This document shows positions 43,101 through 51,275 of a stretch of 64,000 nt of DNA, one piece after another. Both the position numbers and the translations under genes were made by a program. Source of the DNA: Treponemataceae bacterium. Its GTDB lineage: Bacteria > Spirochaetota > Spirochaetia > Treponematales > Rectinemataceae. Location: assembly GCA_963677895.2 (NCBI GenBank), contig CAXXGJ010000018.1, positions 480,001-544,000 on the forward strand, given 5' to 3'. Each line of letters opens with the position of its first letter. The first letter of the stretch is position 1. The notes beneath the pieces are model-generated. The model saw only the letters and a program-made list of their open reading frames with translations. It searched no databases and was not told where the DNA came from.

Positions 43101-45606
43101 AGGGCAGGTGTCGGTGGGTAAGCTGAGTTGGAACTACAATTGGGTGTACCGGGATAGGGTAATAACTGACTGGGTACGAGGCTCTCCAACTGGGCCGGAG
43201 TATTACAGGATCGAAAACGGGTATGACTATCTGGGACGGCTGACAAAGGTCTCTCGTGGAGACCAGAGCGGCGTCTTGTACCAGATAAAGACGTTTAGCT
43301 ACACGGATACGGCGAATACGGTTGTGGAGAAGAACTATCGTGATATGACAAACTACACACAGACCATGACGGTGAAAGATTGGCTTGATCGGGTGACGTC
43401 GGTTACCCAGTACGCTGGTATAGGAGGAACGGGGACAACGTCGGTGACGAGCATGGGCTACAACTACGCGGGACAGGTGACGAGTAGAACGTTGGCAAAC
43501 GGGGAAACGTACACCTATGGCTACTCGCGGTCGGGACTGCTTGAGAGCATGGTGTATCCCCAGGGCAGAGGGACAGAAACCTACACGTACGATTACAACG
43601 GGCGTCTGACGACGAAGACAGACGTTGGTGGCAACACGACGACCTATGAGTACAATTTAGCCGACCTTGAGACACAGCGGAAGTCAACCGCAACCGCAAC
43701 AGAAAAGGAGTGGGTGTGGGTGGTGGCTACCTATTCACAGTACGGGCCGAAAGAAGTGACTAAGTATTCTGGTCTTGTAGGAGAACTCCATGATGAGTAC
43801 TCGTATGCGTATAACTCAGGTGCGCTAACGACGACCGAGACGAGATGGATTGGTGGAACAGGTATGTCGGGTATGTCGTCGGTGTCGCATGGGTATGATG
43901 TAGCGGGGAACTTACGGACGCTGTCGGTGACGGGGTTTGACGGGAGCTTTTCGAAAACGCTCAACTACTCGCTGCCCTACTTTGGGGGAGACGGGAGCTC
44001 CAGTGATCGATCGATGAAGGTATCCACAGGGAGCACGGCGCTAGGGACGATCTCGACGAACTATGCAGGGACGAGGAATACCACGACCTATGGCTCTGGA
44101 CTTACTACTGCCTATACGAATTATGATGTGTTTATGCGTCCATGGCTTATTGACAATCCGGGGAGTGAGTACGATCAGAGTTACGTCTATGACTGGCAGG
44201 GGAACACAACGAGCTGGAACGGGACGAGCTACGCGTACGATGGGATGAACCGGCTTACGACGGGTGGATACAACTACGACATCATAGGGAACCAGAGTGC
44301 GGCGCCGGGAAGCGTAAGCTACTCATATGTGGCGAACTCAGGACAACCCACGATGCGCCTTGACTACAAGACGGTGAGCGGAGTGACGACGGACTATACG
44401 GACGATGAGAACCTCGCGAACCTTGTGTCGGTGGCGGGGAAGTATACCAACCTCGCTTATGATCCGACCAACCGGCTTATCTCGCTGTATGATGTGATCC
44501 GGGGAGTAACGGACAGCTATCGGTACGGGCCTGAAGGGTTGCGGTATAAGGAAACCGAAGGAGCGATGAGTGGGAGCTCTAAGACGACCTACTACCTGTA
44601 TGAGGGGAACGATATCCTGTACGAGGAAGGGTACGAAGGAAGCACGAAGACCTTCTCGAAGCTAAATATATATGTAGGAGGAGTCAACATCGGGAGGATC
44701 AGAAAGGTAGGGAGTACGGAGAGTGTTCAGTACTTCTACAATGACCTCCTTGGTTCACGGCGTGCGGTGACGGACAGTACGGGTGTGGTGCAGGCGAAGA
44801 TCGACTACAGCGTATGGGGAGTGCCTACGGTAACGAACTACAACGGGTACGACGGAAGCCTCGATGTGTCGTACACGGGGAAGGAGCGGGATGCGATGGG
44901 GTTGTACTACTTCAATGCGAGGTATTATGACCCGAGTATTGGAAGGTTCATCACAGAGGACCCAGCTAGGAATGACATGAATTGGTTCGTATATTGCGGA
45001 AACAATCCATTATCTTTCATAGATCCCTCGGGGTTACTGAATGAACATACTTTAGTGATGCAAGAAAATATGCGTTACCGTTACGATGTAGCAAAAAAGG
45101 AAGCCGAAGATACAACATTAAAACAGCAAAATGACAAGATAGCCTATCAAGAATGGGAGAAAGATGTAACCGACAAATGCAAGGATGCATACGATGCCTT
45201 TAATAAAGGCGATGAAGCAACCGCGAATTCGCTACTGATCCACGCGAGTAATGTGACTTCGTGGAATAACAGGCAATCGACTGCTACAGGGGCGTCGTTT
45301 GGAGATGTAGTTAAAAGTTGGTGGCAAAAAAGCAACGGCGCACCCTTAACTCCGCAAGAAGCTAATATTCAAAAGGTAGTGGGAGTATCGGAAATGGGTA
45401 TTGGCGGAGCTGGAATGATAGTAACTGTTGTTCCAACACACGGGATTGGAATATTTGGTTCATTATATGTAATGGCCGATGGAGGTTATTTGCTATCGCA
45501 AGGCATGAATAACATAAAAGCGAATCCAGGCTCCATGTATATCGTCTTGGCTAATCCTATTGTTTCAGCCGTCAATAGCTTTACATTTGCTGTTCCATTC
45601 CCATAA
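40168..45606 (+). CDS. rhs: Rhs/YD-repeat polymorphic toxin, 1812 aa
   Basis: Many YD repeats (YDSYGR, YDGLSR, YDYLGR, YDYNGR); core YTGKERDAMGLYYFNARYYDPSIGRFITEDP...YCGNNPLSFIDPSG; about 190-aa C-terminal extension. Confidence 0.93.
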   Translation: MKKGLGLIAAVTPIVNDDGMLSGVPNARGNLVIDKKGDVQYMPLEAGVHNIGFGERGHLAFDTAKVLTARVATSKLWATEAARKSVFGASIEVTERIVNQVSFPTGQQGFEARGKAYHFEPEGLIFESSATLTLPYESIEGKDDSWINIYYYDKELLMWEVIPKLSQNRENKTITVEISHFSDYVAGLSSFRIDEGGSINGGRQLGYSVDPYYGTLIIKSGEVSVQARGVNLELQAMFNSDYLYTKYLPTFTGSETTAGQSLVQTPNMKYPFLGVDISSGWSYELPSCQFSVNNMLTLILPDGKKYDLSQALIWWVGKSAGSSTTTTLASCQIEKPTVNSIRILIPEIGYGIEASVEDTSSYFIVRWNTLAKASNVRIYPADGKKIMFMADGSGNIQYLYDASGKNWLHYVYSGTKLQAVEHNDGRAIKIYSYMNSNNTKSLVYVLSSSTNMTTLNAEDQFLSRRVFDSSGRLQYADKLGTLSGFSASTSWEGVTASNESIYFMVLQRTGYSYTMHSAVAGNTLQVTEPGGGYKVYTFTVSFFPGGVSTKTAERIVGQGEESDTVIDYTYLYHNKPKVMNYKVARNINEIQSLAEVLRYNYASSCGRTSFSTNSYQTQEGSYPTLWNTMPAMTVREQSEFNGATISQVTEEVLTYSHTGSTTDTYRGLGEDVTYYYVSGTKTFHDKMTRTFTDVIYNAYYPSVESYYVGDSASAKWTVSYVYDSYGRKVKVTDSRAGRMYYRYLYGGQNTDSVFSDNPYTDPTDRLLYTSFGVVRGEAAEQSIGVYAKTYFQYDSLLNATTKRVYDTRSGAAVTLDTGYTYDGTTNVLTGITYPLGNVLALSYGTGWKGSYIIKDSRTMDNVTKLVNEFDYDFRGRRTSATPKLENGAGNAIVDASAPITTTRYVYDGLSRVTSKTRMVGGETTELYRRVYNDTNLTVTTTDAKGYRTFAIYDIFFRKIVEESFRPNTENQGVSYDGVGQVSVGKLSWNYNWVYRDRVITDWVRGSPTGPEYYRIENGYDYLGRLTKVSRGDQSGVLYQIKTFSYTDTANTVVEKNYRDMTNYTQTMTVKDWLDRVTSVTQYAGIGGTGTTSVTSMGYNYAGQVTSRTLANGETYTYGYSRSGLLESMVYPQGRGTETYTYDYNGRLTTKTDVGGNTTTYEYNLADLETQRKSTATATEKEWVWVVATYSQYGPKEVTKYSGLVGELHDEYSYAYNSGALTTTETRWIGGTGMSGMSSVSHGYDVAGNLRTLSVTGFDGSFSKTLNYSLPYFGGDGSSSDRSMKVSTGSTALGTISTNYAGTRNTTTYGSGLTTAYTNYDVFMRPWLIDNPGSEYDQSYVYDWQGNTTSWNGTSYAYDGMNRLTTGGYNYDIIGNQSAAPGSVSYSYVANSGQPTMRLDYKTVSGVTTDYTDDENLANLVSVAGKYTNLAYDPTNRLISLYDVIRGVTDSYRYGPEGLRYKETEGAMSGSSKTTYYLYEGNDILYEEGYEGSTKTFSKLNIYVGGVNIGRIRKVGSTESVQYFYNDLLGSRRAVTDSTGVVQAKIDYSVWGVPTVTNYNGYDGSLDVSYTGKERDAMGLYYFNARYYDPSIGRFITEDPARNDMNWFVYCGNNPLSFIDPSGLLNEHTLVMQENMRYRYDVAKKEAEDTTLKQQNDKIAYQEWEKDVTDKCKDAYDAFNKGDEATANSLLIHASNVTSWNNRQSTATGASFGDVVKSWWQKSNGAPLTPQEANIQKVVGVSEMGIGGAGMIVTVVPTHGIGIFGSLYVMADGGYLLSQGMNNIKANPGSMYIVLANPIVSAVNSFTFAVPFP

Positions 45607-45621
45607 TATTGGAGAGTAGTC

Positions 45622-45843
45622 ATGGACTATATTGGTTTGTTGCTTATTATACTTTTTTCGCTATTTATTGATGCTATATCAGTCAAAAATATAATGATCG
45701 GTAAGGGCAAGGTGGTTCATTCTGACTTACTGTTGGAGCGGAAACAAAAGGCTATTTATAAAAGAGGAATAGTTGGCCTAGTACTTTCGCTTGTTTGCGG
45801 TGCATTTTTAAGCTATATATTCATTATTATATTATTAAAATAA
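45622..45843 (+). CDS. Small 2-TM protein, candidate cognate immunity protein
   Basis: Starts 15 bp after the rhs stop, has a GGAG RBS, two hydrophobic helices, AT-rich. Confidence 0.7.
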   Translation: MDYIGLLLIILFSLFIDAISVKNIMIGKGKVVHSDLLLERKQKAIYKRGIVGLVLSLVCGAFLSYIFIIILLK

Positions 45844-45914
45844 TTAGGTCAATCGAATATTTTGCTGACCTAACCAGTATTAAAGAGTGGCGAATCTTGG
45901 TATCAGTCACTTTT

Positions 45915-45975
45915 GTCTAACGCGGCTTCAACCTGACGCCACCTTTGGCGGCGCAGGTTAAGCGAAAGGTTAGGC
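45915..45975 (+). other. Integron attC site (apparently intact)
   Basis: R'' GTCTAAC, L'' TTCAACCTG (extra C), stem CGCC...GGCG, L' CAGGTTAA, R' GTTAGGC; 61 bp. Confidence 0.8.
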
Positions 45976-46036
45976 TAAGCCAATGAAATATAGCGGCCGC
46001 TTTGGTACTCACCAGGGCGGCCGTTCTATTGTCGAG

Positions 46037-46118
46037 CCAATAAAAGATCCCGGTTAACCTGCGAGCGTCGTGTTCCAAAGGAACAGACGCGAGTTAGGTT
46101 GAACCGTTTTTTTTATTG
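46037..46118 (-). other. Degenerate attC-like site in opposite orientation
   Basis: Minus strand CAATAAA...CGGTTCAACCTAACTCGCGTC...GACGCTCGCAGGTTAACCG...TTTATTG. Confidence 0.55.
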
Positions 46119-46229
46119 CTCGAAGAGTTCTGCCACACCAATGAAGAGCTGCCACGGGGGCTGTGCCACCTTGGCTTACTGAAGAAGGCTACGAGAATCC
46201 CGGCGCTTTTTAGCTATAAAGTGAAAGGT

Positions 46230-46604
46230 AATCTCATTCATCACTCGGAACGTGGTTCTCAATATCTATCTATTCGCTACAGTGAACGCTTGACTGAAGC
46301 AGGCATTGAAGCGTCGGTCAGCAGCGTGGGTGATGGCTACAACAATGCTCTGGCGGAAACGATCAATGGCCTTTTTAAGACGGAGGTTATTCATCGTAGC
46401 GTTGCGGACCATGGAGAGGATTGGACGCTGTGGAATACGCTACACTCGAATGGGGTCGACTGGTTCAACAACCGAAGGCTGCTCGAACCAATCGGTAATA
46501 TTCCACCAGCGGAGTTCGAAGAATTATATTATACTGAACAAGAAGTCTTGGCTTAAGGAGCCGGACTCACATAATCAGGACTCCGATAAACCCTGGGCGG
46601 TTCA
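46230..46604 (+). mobile_element. IS3-family (IS51/IS629-like) remnant: transposase C-terminus and right inverted repeat
   Basis: LIHHSERGSQYLSIRY, NNALAETINGLFKTE, DWFNNRRLLEPIGNIPPAEFE; ends ...AAACCCTGGGCGGTTCA. Confidence 0.88.
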
Positions 46605-46732
46605 GGTGGGCCAGAGAACGATATTAACAATCCTGGGATCATTGAATTTATAGAGGTAGTCCTCCTAAAACAGGTGAACTACGGCAATATAATTGGAATG
46701 CCCTCAATATATGGCAATAGTGAGGAGAAAAA

Positions 46733-47221
46733 ATGCGACGTACTTTTTTCGTAGTACTTTTTTGTGCCCTATTTTGTTTTCCAGCGATGTCTCAAAGCTC
46801 TACAACATTGCTCAATATATTTTTTGGGGGGAATGGATATACAGATGAAAAAATGGGAATCACCACAAAAGACGGAATGGAACTTTATCTTGCCCGCCAA
46901 ATCGAAAGTGTGAATACCACAAACTCAAAGAAAGTATTAGTATATGGCAGTTCTCAAAATGGTATCAGGATTTTTCTTCAAATACTGGGGCCAATGATTG
47001 TCGATAGCTCAGGAAGGGTGATCGCAGATGTTTCATCTATTCCAGGTGCTTTTTGGGCATGGCGAATTGAACTGTTGCGAAAAAGTCACAGCACGGATGT
47101 TGGTTTATCTATAGATTGTATATCAAATTCTGGCAAAAGCATTACCGATTATCCGAGCATTGTTTGGGATGAAACGAAAAATGCTTTTTACCTCGATACT
47201 GTTGATCGCAGTCAGTTTTAA
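46733..47221 (+). CDS. Hypothetical exported protein
   Basis: GAGGAG RBS; Sec-type signal peptide MRRTFFVVLFCALFCFPAMS. Confidence 0.7.
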   Translation: MRRTFFVVLFCALFCFPAMSQSSTTLLNIFFGGNGYTDEKMGITTKDGMELYLARQIESVNTTNSKKVLVYGSSQNGIRIFLQILGPMIVDSSGRVIADVSSIPGAFWAWRIELLRKSHSTDVGLSIDCISNSGKSITDYPSIVWDETKNAFYLDTVDRSQF

Positions 47222-47289
47222 AATAGTTCAGATCCAATATGAACGAAGCATATGTAGTGCTGTAAAGTTCAAGCTGTATGCCTATTCAA

Positions 47290-47510
47290 GGCGAGGTAAT
47301 GATACCTCAAAGACGTTTGATCGCATTCAGATGACTAAAAGCATGACCTCAGATTATACAACCAAAATGGAAATTTATCGTTTTGATGATGTTTTCGATG
47401 TTAAAGCGTTTGATGGTCCTCCAACTCGGAGGGGGACTGCTAACGCTTTGAGTGATCATTGCTCAGTTTGGGTAGACTTATATATCGACAGAGATAATGA
47501 TACCGAGTAA
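47290..47510 (+). pseudogene. C-terminal fragment of an endonuclease/exonuclease/phosphatase (DNase I-like) gene
   Basis: TFDRI...LSDHCSVW resembles the EEP YDRI/SDHxPV motifs; N-terminal two-thirds absent. Confidence 0.6.
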
Positions 47511-47989
47511 GCACCCTATATGCAAAACTTGGAAATAATTATTCGGTATACAATTCTATCTTGTTTTGATGAAAGGCTTATCTTTCATGCAGAGTCTAGC
47601 AACATAGAGCGATCAAGAAATTCCTCTGTCATTATGATTAGGCGAGCTATATGTGAAAGGCGAATCATGTCTTGTGCATTCTGGAACGCATTCTATGCTA
47701 CACTCCAGAAGTTGATGTTATTCTCGATTATACAACATACCAGAAATCTTTTTTCTATTCTTGGCAATGCTTGGATTACAATCTGTTTGTTTGGAAATTG
47801 AAGCTTATTCGAGATTTTTTACCGTGACCCCCTTACCCCCTGAATCCGTAGAGTGGGAGTCAGCCGAAACGCTGCGGTTTACACTAAATAGCCATAGAGA
47901 TTGCACCCCCCCTCCCCATGGGTAAGAAGCTGCAGGAGGCGCCAGTCGACGCGAATGCATCGGCTTCAATCTGCTGTGGTCCGTGTCCT

Positions 47990-48172
47990 TCAGGTCGATA
48001 TTGTTGGAGTATGCACGACGATCCTGTCTTTCCTGGCCATAACGCGCTTCTTCACAGTGGTCACGGCGATCGAGATGAAGCTCCCATCATGAATCTGTAT
48101 CTCCTGCTTGCCGAATCCTCGCTTTCGAGCGACTACTCTTAGTTCCTCGATACCCTCGTATTCCGGGGGGAT
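47990..48172 (-). pseudogene. Diverged paralog of the small ORF at 51072-51251; start codon is ATC
   Basis: IPPEYEGIEELRVVARKRGFGKQEIQIHDGSFISIAVTTVKKRVMARKDRIVVHTPTIST*; same upstream GATTGAGGTACAGC. Confidence 0.6.
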
Positions 48173-48399
48173 CGCTGTACCTCAATCAATGTATGCGTAA
48201 TAGTTCGCCGGCAGAGACAACCGTCTCATTATGCCCAGATTCTGCAAGAAATTCAGAAATTTTCGAGCATTTCTGGCCTATTCGTCTTCAGAAAGGTTTT
48301 GTTTTTTGAAGGGAATTCCTGTTGGGTACTAAGCCAATGTCATGCTGACACTTCGCACCAAGAAAAGATTAATTGAATGTGGTGTAAAATCTGTGAAAA

Positions 48400-48480
48400 T
48401 GGTACATAAATCGATTACATGTACCAAAAATAAAAGATATGGTACAAATCCTTGACAAGTGTACCAAATAGATCAATACT
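48400..48480 (+). promoter_or_regulatory. fic promoter with four 20-bp-phased TGGTACA/TGTACCA half-sites
   Basis: Half-sites start at 48400, 48420, 48440 and 48460; TTGACA(48452)-N17-AATACT. Confidence 0.75.
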
Positions 48481-48487
48481 GGGATAT

Positions 48488-49570
48488 ATGAAGTCCTTTG
48501 ATCCCAGTAAACCGTATGATGCCCTTCCTCTTTTACCTCCCGATCGCTCTAGAGTTGAGACTATTGCAGTATTGCGCCAGGAAAATAAGGCTATAGCTGC
48601 ATTAGCAGAGTTAAAGGGTTTAGCTAATATTATACCTAATCAGTCGATACTGATAAATGCGATTGTGCTTCAAGAAGCTAAAGATAGTTCAGAAATAGAA
48701 AACATCATTACGACAAAGGATGAATTGTATAAAGCTATTTCTTCAACTACAAAAAAGTATGATCCAGCAACAAAAGAAGTAATGTTTTATAGGGAAGCAT
48801 TATATGAAGGATTTAAGAAAATAAAAGAAAGAGATCTTTTATCCATGAATGATATTATTATTTTACAGGGAATACTGGTACAAAATAATGCTGGCATAAG
48901 GAAGTTACCTGGTACTACATTAGCCAATGATAAGACAGGCGAGATTATCTATACGCCTCCTCAGAGTGAAGAAGCTATCAATTCGTTGACGGCCAACTTG
49001 GTTAAGTATCTTAATGATGGTGAAGTAACCTTAATAAAGATGGCAATTTTGCATTACCAGTTTGAATCGATACATCCTTTTTATGATGGAAATGGAAGAA
49101 CAGGACGGATAGTAAATATACTATATTTACTATTAAAGCAATATTTAGATATACCAATACTTTACCTAAGTTCATATATAATAAAAAATAAGGAATTATA
49201 TTACAAACTTTTGCTTGGTGTCACTAAAGATGAGAAATGGGAAGACTGGATTATTTATATATTAAAAGGAGTTGAAGAAACTTCCAGAGAGACTATTGTC
49301 AAAATAAAGCAAATAAAGAATCTATTAGATAGAACGATAGAGAGAGTAAAAGAACAAGCTCCCAAAATATATTCTAAAGAGCTTGTTGAGACATTATTTG
49401 TAAATCCGTATTGTAAAGTCGAGTTTATAACCAGTTCGATTGGCGTAGAGCGAAAAGCAGCTTCAAGATACCTACATCAGTTAGTAGAAGTTGGAATACT
49501 CGAAGAATATAAGGTTGGAAAAGAAAATATTTTTATTAATAAGGATTTACTGGAAATCCTGAAAAAGTAA
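48488..49570 (+). CDS. fic: Fic-family protein (class II, C-terminal wHTH)
   Basis: HPFYDGNGRTGR catalytic motif, SSEIEN inhibitory motif, RKAASRYLHQLVEVGIL HTH. Confidence 0.92.
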   Translation: MKSFDPSKPYDALPLLPPDRSRVETIAVLRQENKAIAALAELKGLANIIPNQSILINAIVLQEAKDSSEIENIITTKDELYKAISSTTKKYDPATKEVMFYREALYEGFKKIKERDLLSMNDIIILQGILVQNNAGIRKLPGTTLANDKTGEIIYTPPQSEEAINSLTANLVKYLNDGEVTLIKMAILHYQFESIHPFYDGNGRTGRIVNILYLLLKQYLDIPILYLSSYIIKNKELYYKLLLGVTKDEKWEDWIIYILKGVEETSRETIVKIKQIKNLLDRTIERVKEQAPKIYSKELVETLFVNPYCKVEFITSSIGVERKAASRYLHQLVEVGILEEYKVGKENIFINKDLLEILKK

Positions 49571-49573
49571 AAA

Positions 49574-49687
49574 ACATGACACACGCTTCAACCTTATAAT
49601 GCTCTTTGTCACGCATCTTGCGGGAAGAGTTCACAAGAAGCGCGCCAATCCCTCGCTTCGCTCGGGAGCGAGTGGTAAAGGTTATGC
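49574..49687 (+). other. Degenerate attC site after fic
   Basis: ACATGAC-ACACGC-TTCAACCT begins 3 bp after the stop; ends AAAG-GTTATGC; L' eroded. Confidence 0.6.
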
Positions 49688-49892
49688 CAACGATAGACCG
49701 ATAGCCGCCTTAAAAAACAGAAAGATTGAAATAACCTCTCCAATATTCAATCAAAATCGAGAAAGCACGATGTTTCTCATATAGCTGTCAATTTTTAAAA
49801 TTATTTTAAAATAGGTCTTGCAAAGCATTTTTAATCAATATATCCCTTGCTTTAAGGATATCCCCTACATCTTAACAAAGGAAGTTGATTGT

Positions 49893-50870
49893 ATGAATCA
49901 GGAAAAAATCAAAGAGCTTGAAAAGACGATAAACAGTGACTACAGCAATATTGCTGGCATTATTGTTCAAAAATGCGGCGTAAAATTATTTGAAAACTAC
50001 TTTAATGGATATACCGCCGATAAGGCCGTTCATATGTATTCGGTGACTAAAAGCGTTATTTCCGCGTTGATCGGTATCGCCATCGATAAAGGTTATATAA
50101 AAAGCGTAGACCAAAAGGTATTGGACTTTTTTCCCGATTACGTTGTCGTAACAGGTGAAAAAACAATACAGCACGTTACGGTCAAAAATCTTCTTACCAT
50201 GACGGCCCCCTATAAATATAAGACGGAACCATACGTGGAGTTTTTCGCAAGCCAGACCCCGATTCTAGATGCACTCAATTTATTGGGCGGGGATGGAGTC
50301 ATCGGGGAATTTAATTATTCTGCCATCGGAGGAACCCATATTTTGTCAGGTATCCTTGTGAGGTCGACGGGACAGTCCATACTTGATTTCGCTACGAAAA
50401 ACTTATTTTCTCCACTGGGAATCAACGTTACACACAATCTGGTGTTGCGTAGTAAAGAAGAACATTTTGCCGTTATGAATGATAAAAACACAAGTGGCTG
50501 GGTTGTTGACCCACAAGGAATAAACACGGCTAGCTGGGGCCTTTTTTTAACGCCTGCGGATATGACAAAAATTGGTCAATTGTACTTAAATGATGGAACG
50601 TGGGGTGGTAACCAAATTATACCGACCGCGTGGATAAATGAGAGTACAAGAGAACATAGCCGATGCGTCCAATGGGGCAATCTAGCTTATGGCTATCTTT
50701 GGTGGATCATTGACGGGGATAGCTATGCGGCTCTGGGCGATGGCGGTAATGTTATCTATGTCAATTCAAAGAAAGAAATTATTGTTTCCATCGCTTCGCT
50801 TTTCTTGCCAGAGGCCAAGGATAGAATAGAGTTTATTAAAAAATATATCGAACCAGTTTTTAAGGATTGA
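49893..50870 (+). CDS. Serine hydrolase, beta-lactamase/NylB-like family
   Basis: SVTK (SxxK), LLTMT, FNYS, DMTKIGQLYL, YGYLWW, ALGDGGN; no signal peptide. Confidence 0.88.
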   Translation: MNQEKIKELEKTINSDYSNIAGIIVQKCGVKLFENYFNGYTADKAVHMYSVTKSVISALIGIAIDKGYIKSVDQKVLDFFPDYVVVTGEKTIQHVTVKNLLTMTAPYKYKTEPYVEFFASQTPILDALNLLGGDGVIGEFNYSAIGGTHILSGILVRSTGQSILDFATKNLFSPLGINVTHNLVLRSKEEHFAVMNDKNTSGWVVDPQGINTASWGLFLTPADMTKIGQLYLNDGTWGGNQIIPTAWINESTREHSRCVQWGNLAYGYLWWIIDGDSYAALGDGGNVIYVNSKKEIIVSIASLFLPEAKDRIEFIKKYIEPVFKD

Positions 50871-50963
50871 GAATAACGAATCCTTATTTACCGGGGAGAT
50901 TGAAAGTATTATACGAAGCAGGCGAGTTTAAATTTCATTATTGGTTTGTAGAAGTGTATTGAT

Positions 50964-51077
50964 TTTCAGCGGGTAGATTCAACCTGACTCGGCTATTGTC
51001 ACAGTTTGTGCTTTTGGGTTATGCCCAGCACAAACTGTGCCAATGTACGCCTCACAGGTTAAGCGAATATGCTATGC
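50964..51077 (+). other. Degenerate attC site after the serine hydrolase
   Basis: TTCAACCTGACTC...CACAGTTTGTGCT/AGCACAAACTGTG stem...CTCACAGGTTAAGCG...GCTATGC. Confidence 0.65.
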
Positions 51078-51251
51078 TTTCAATAGCGTATGCACTACAA
51101 TTCGATTCTTCTTGGGTACTGGTTTCTTCTTTACGGTTGTCACCGTCATCGAGATGATGGCTCCTTCATGAATCTGAACCTCCACCTTGTCGAATTCCAC
51201 GTTTGCGAGCGCCTTCCTCAGCTCTTCGATATCTTCGTATTCCAGGGGCAT
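51072..51251 (-). CDS. Small 59-aa protein, YezD/DUF2292-like (missed by the ORF track)
   Basis: MPLEYEDIEELRKALANVEFDKVEVQIHEGAIISMTVTTVKKKPVPKKNRIVVHTLLKA*; GAGG RBS. Confidence 0.65.
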   Translation of the reverse strand: MPLEYEDIEELRKALANVEFDKVEVQIHEGAIISMTVTTVKKKPVPKKNRIVVHTLLKA

Positions 51252-51275
51252 TGCTGTACCTCAATCGATGTATGA

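Noticed and set aside
46097..46106. TGAACCG as the IS3 left inverted repeat with a GGT target duplication (GGT also follows 46604)
   Set aside because: The match is only 7 bp and is fully explained as the L box of the minus-strand attC-like site; it cannot be separated from chance.
47520..47801. 93-aa plus-strand ORF
   Set aside because: No RBS, atypical composition, no motif.
49893..50870. True beta-lactamase resistance gene
   Set aside because: No signal peptide, YSA instead of YxN and no KTG; more like a cytoplasmic esterase/amidase.
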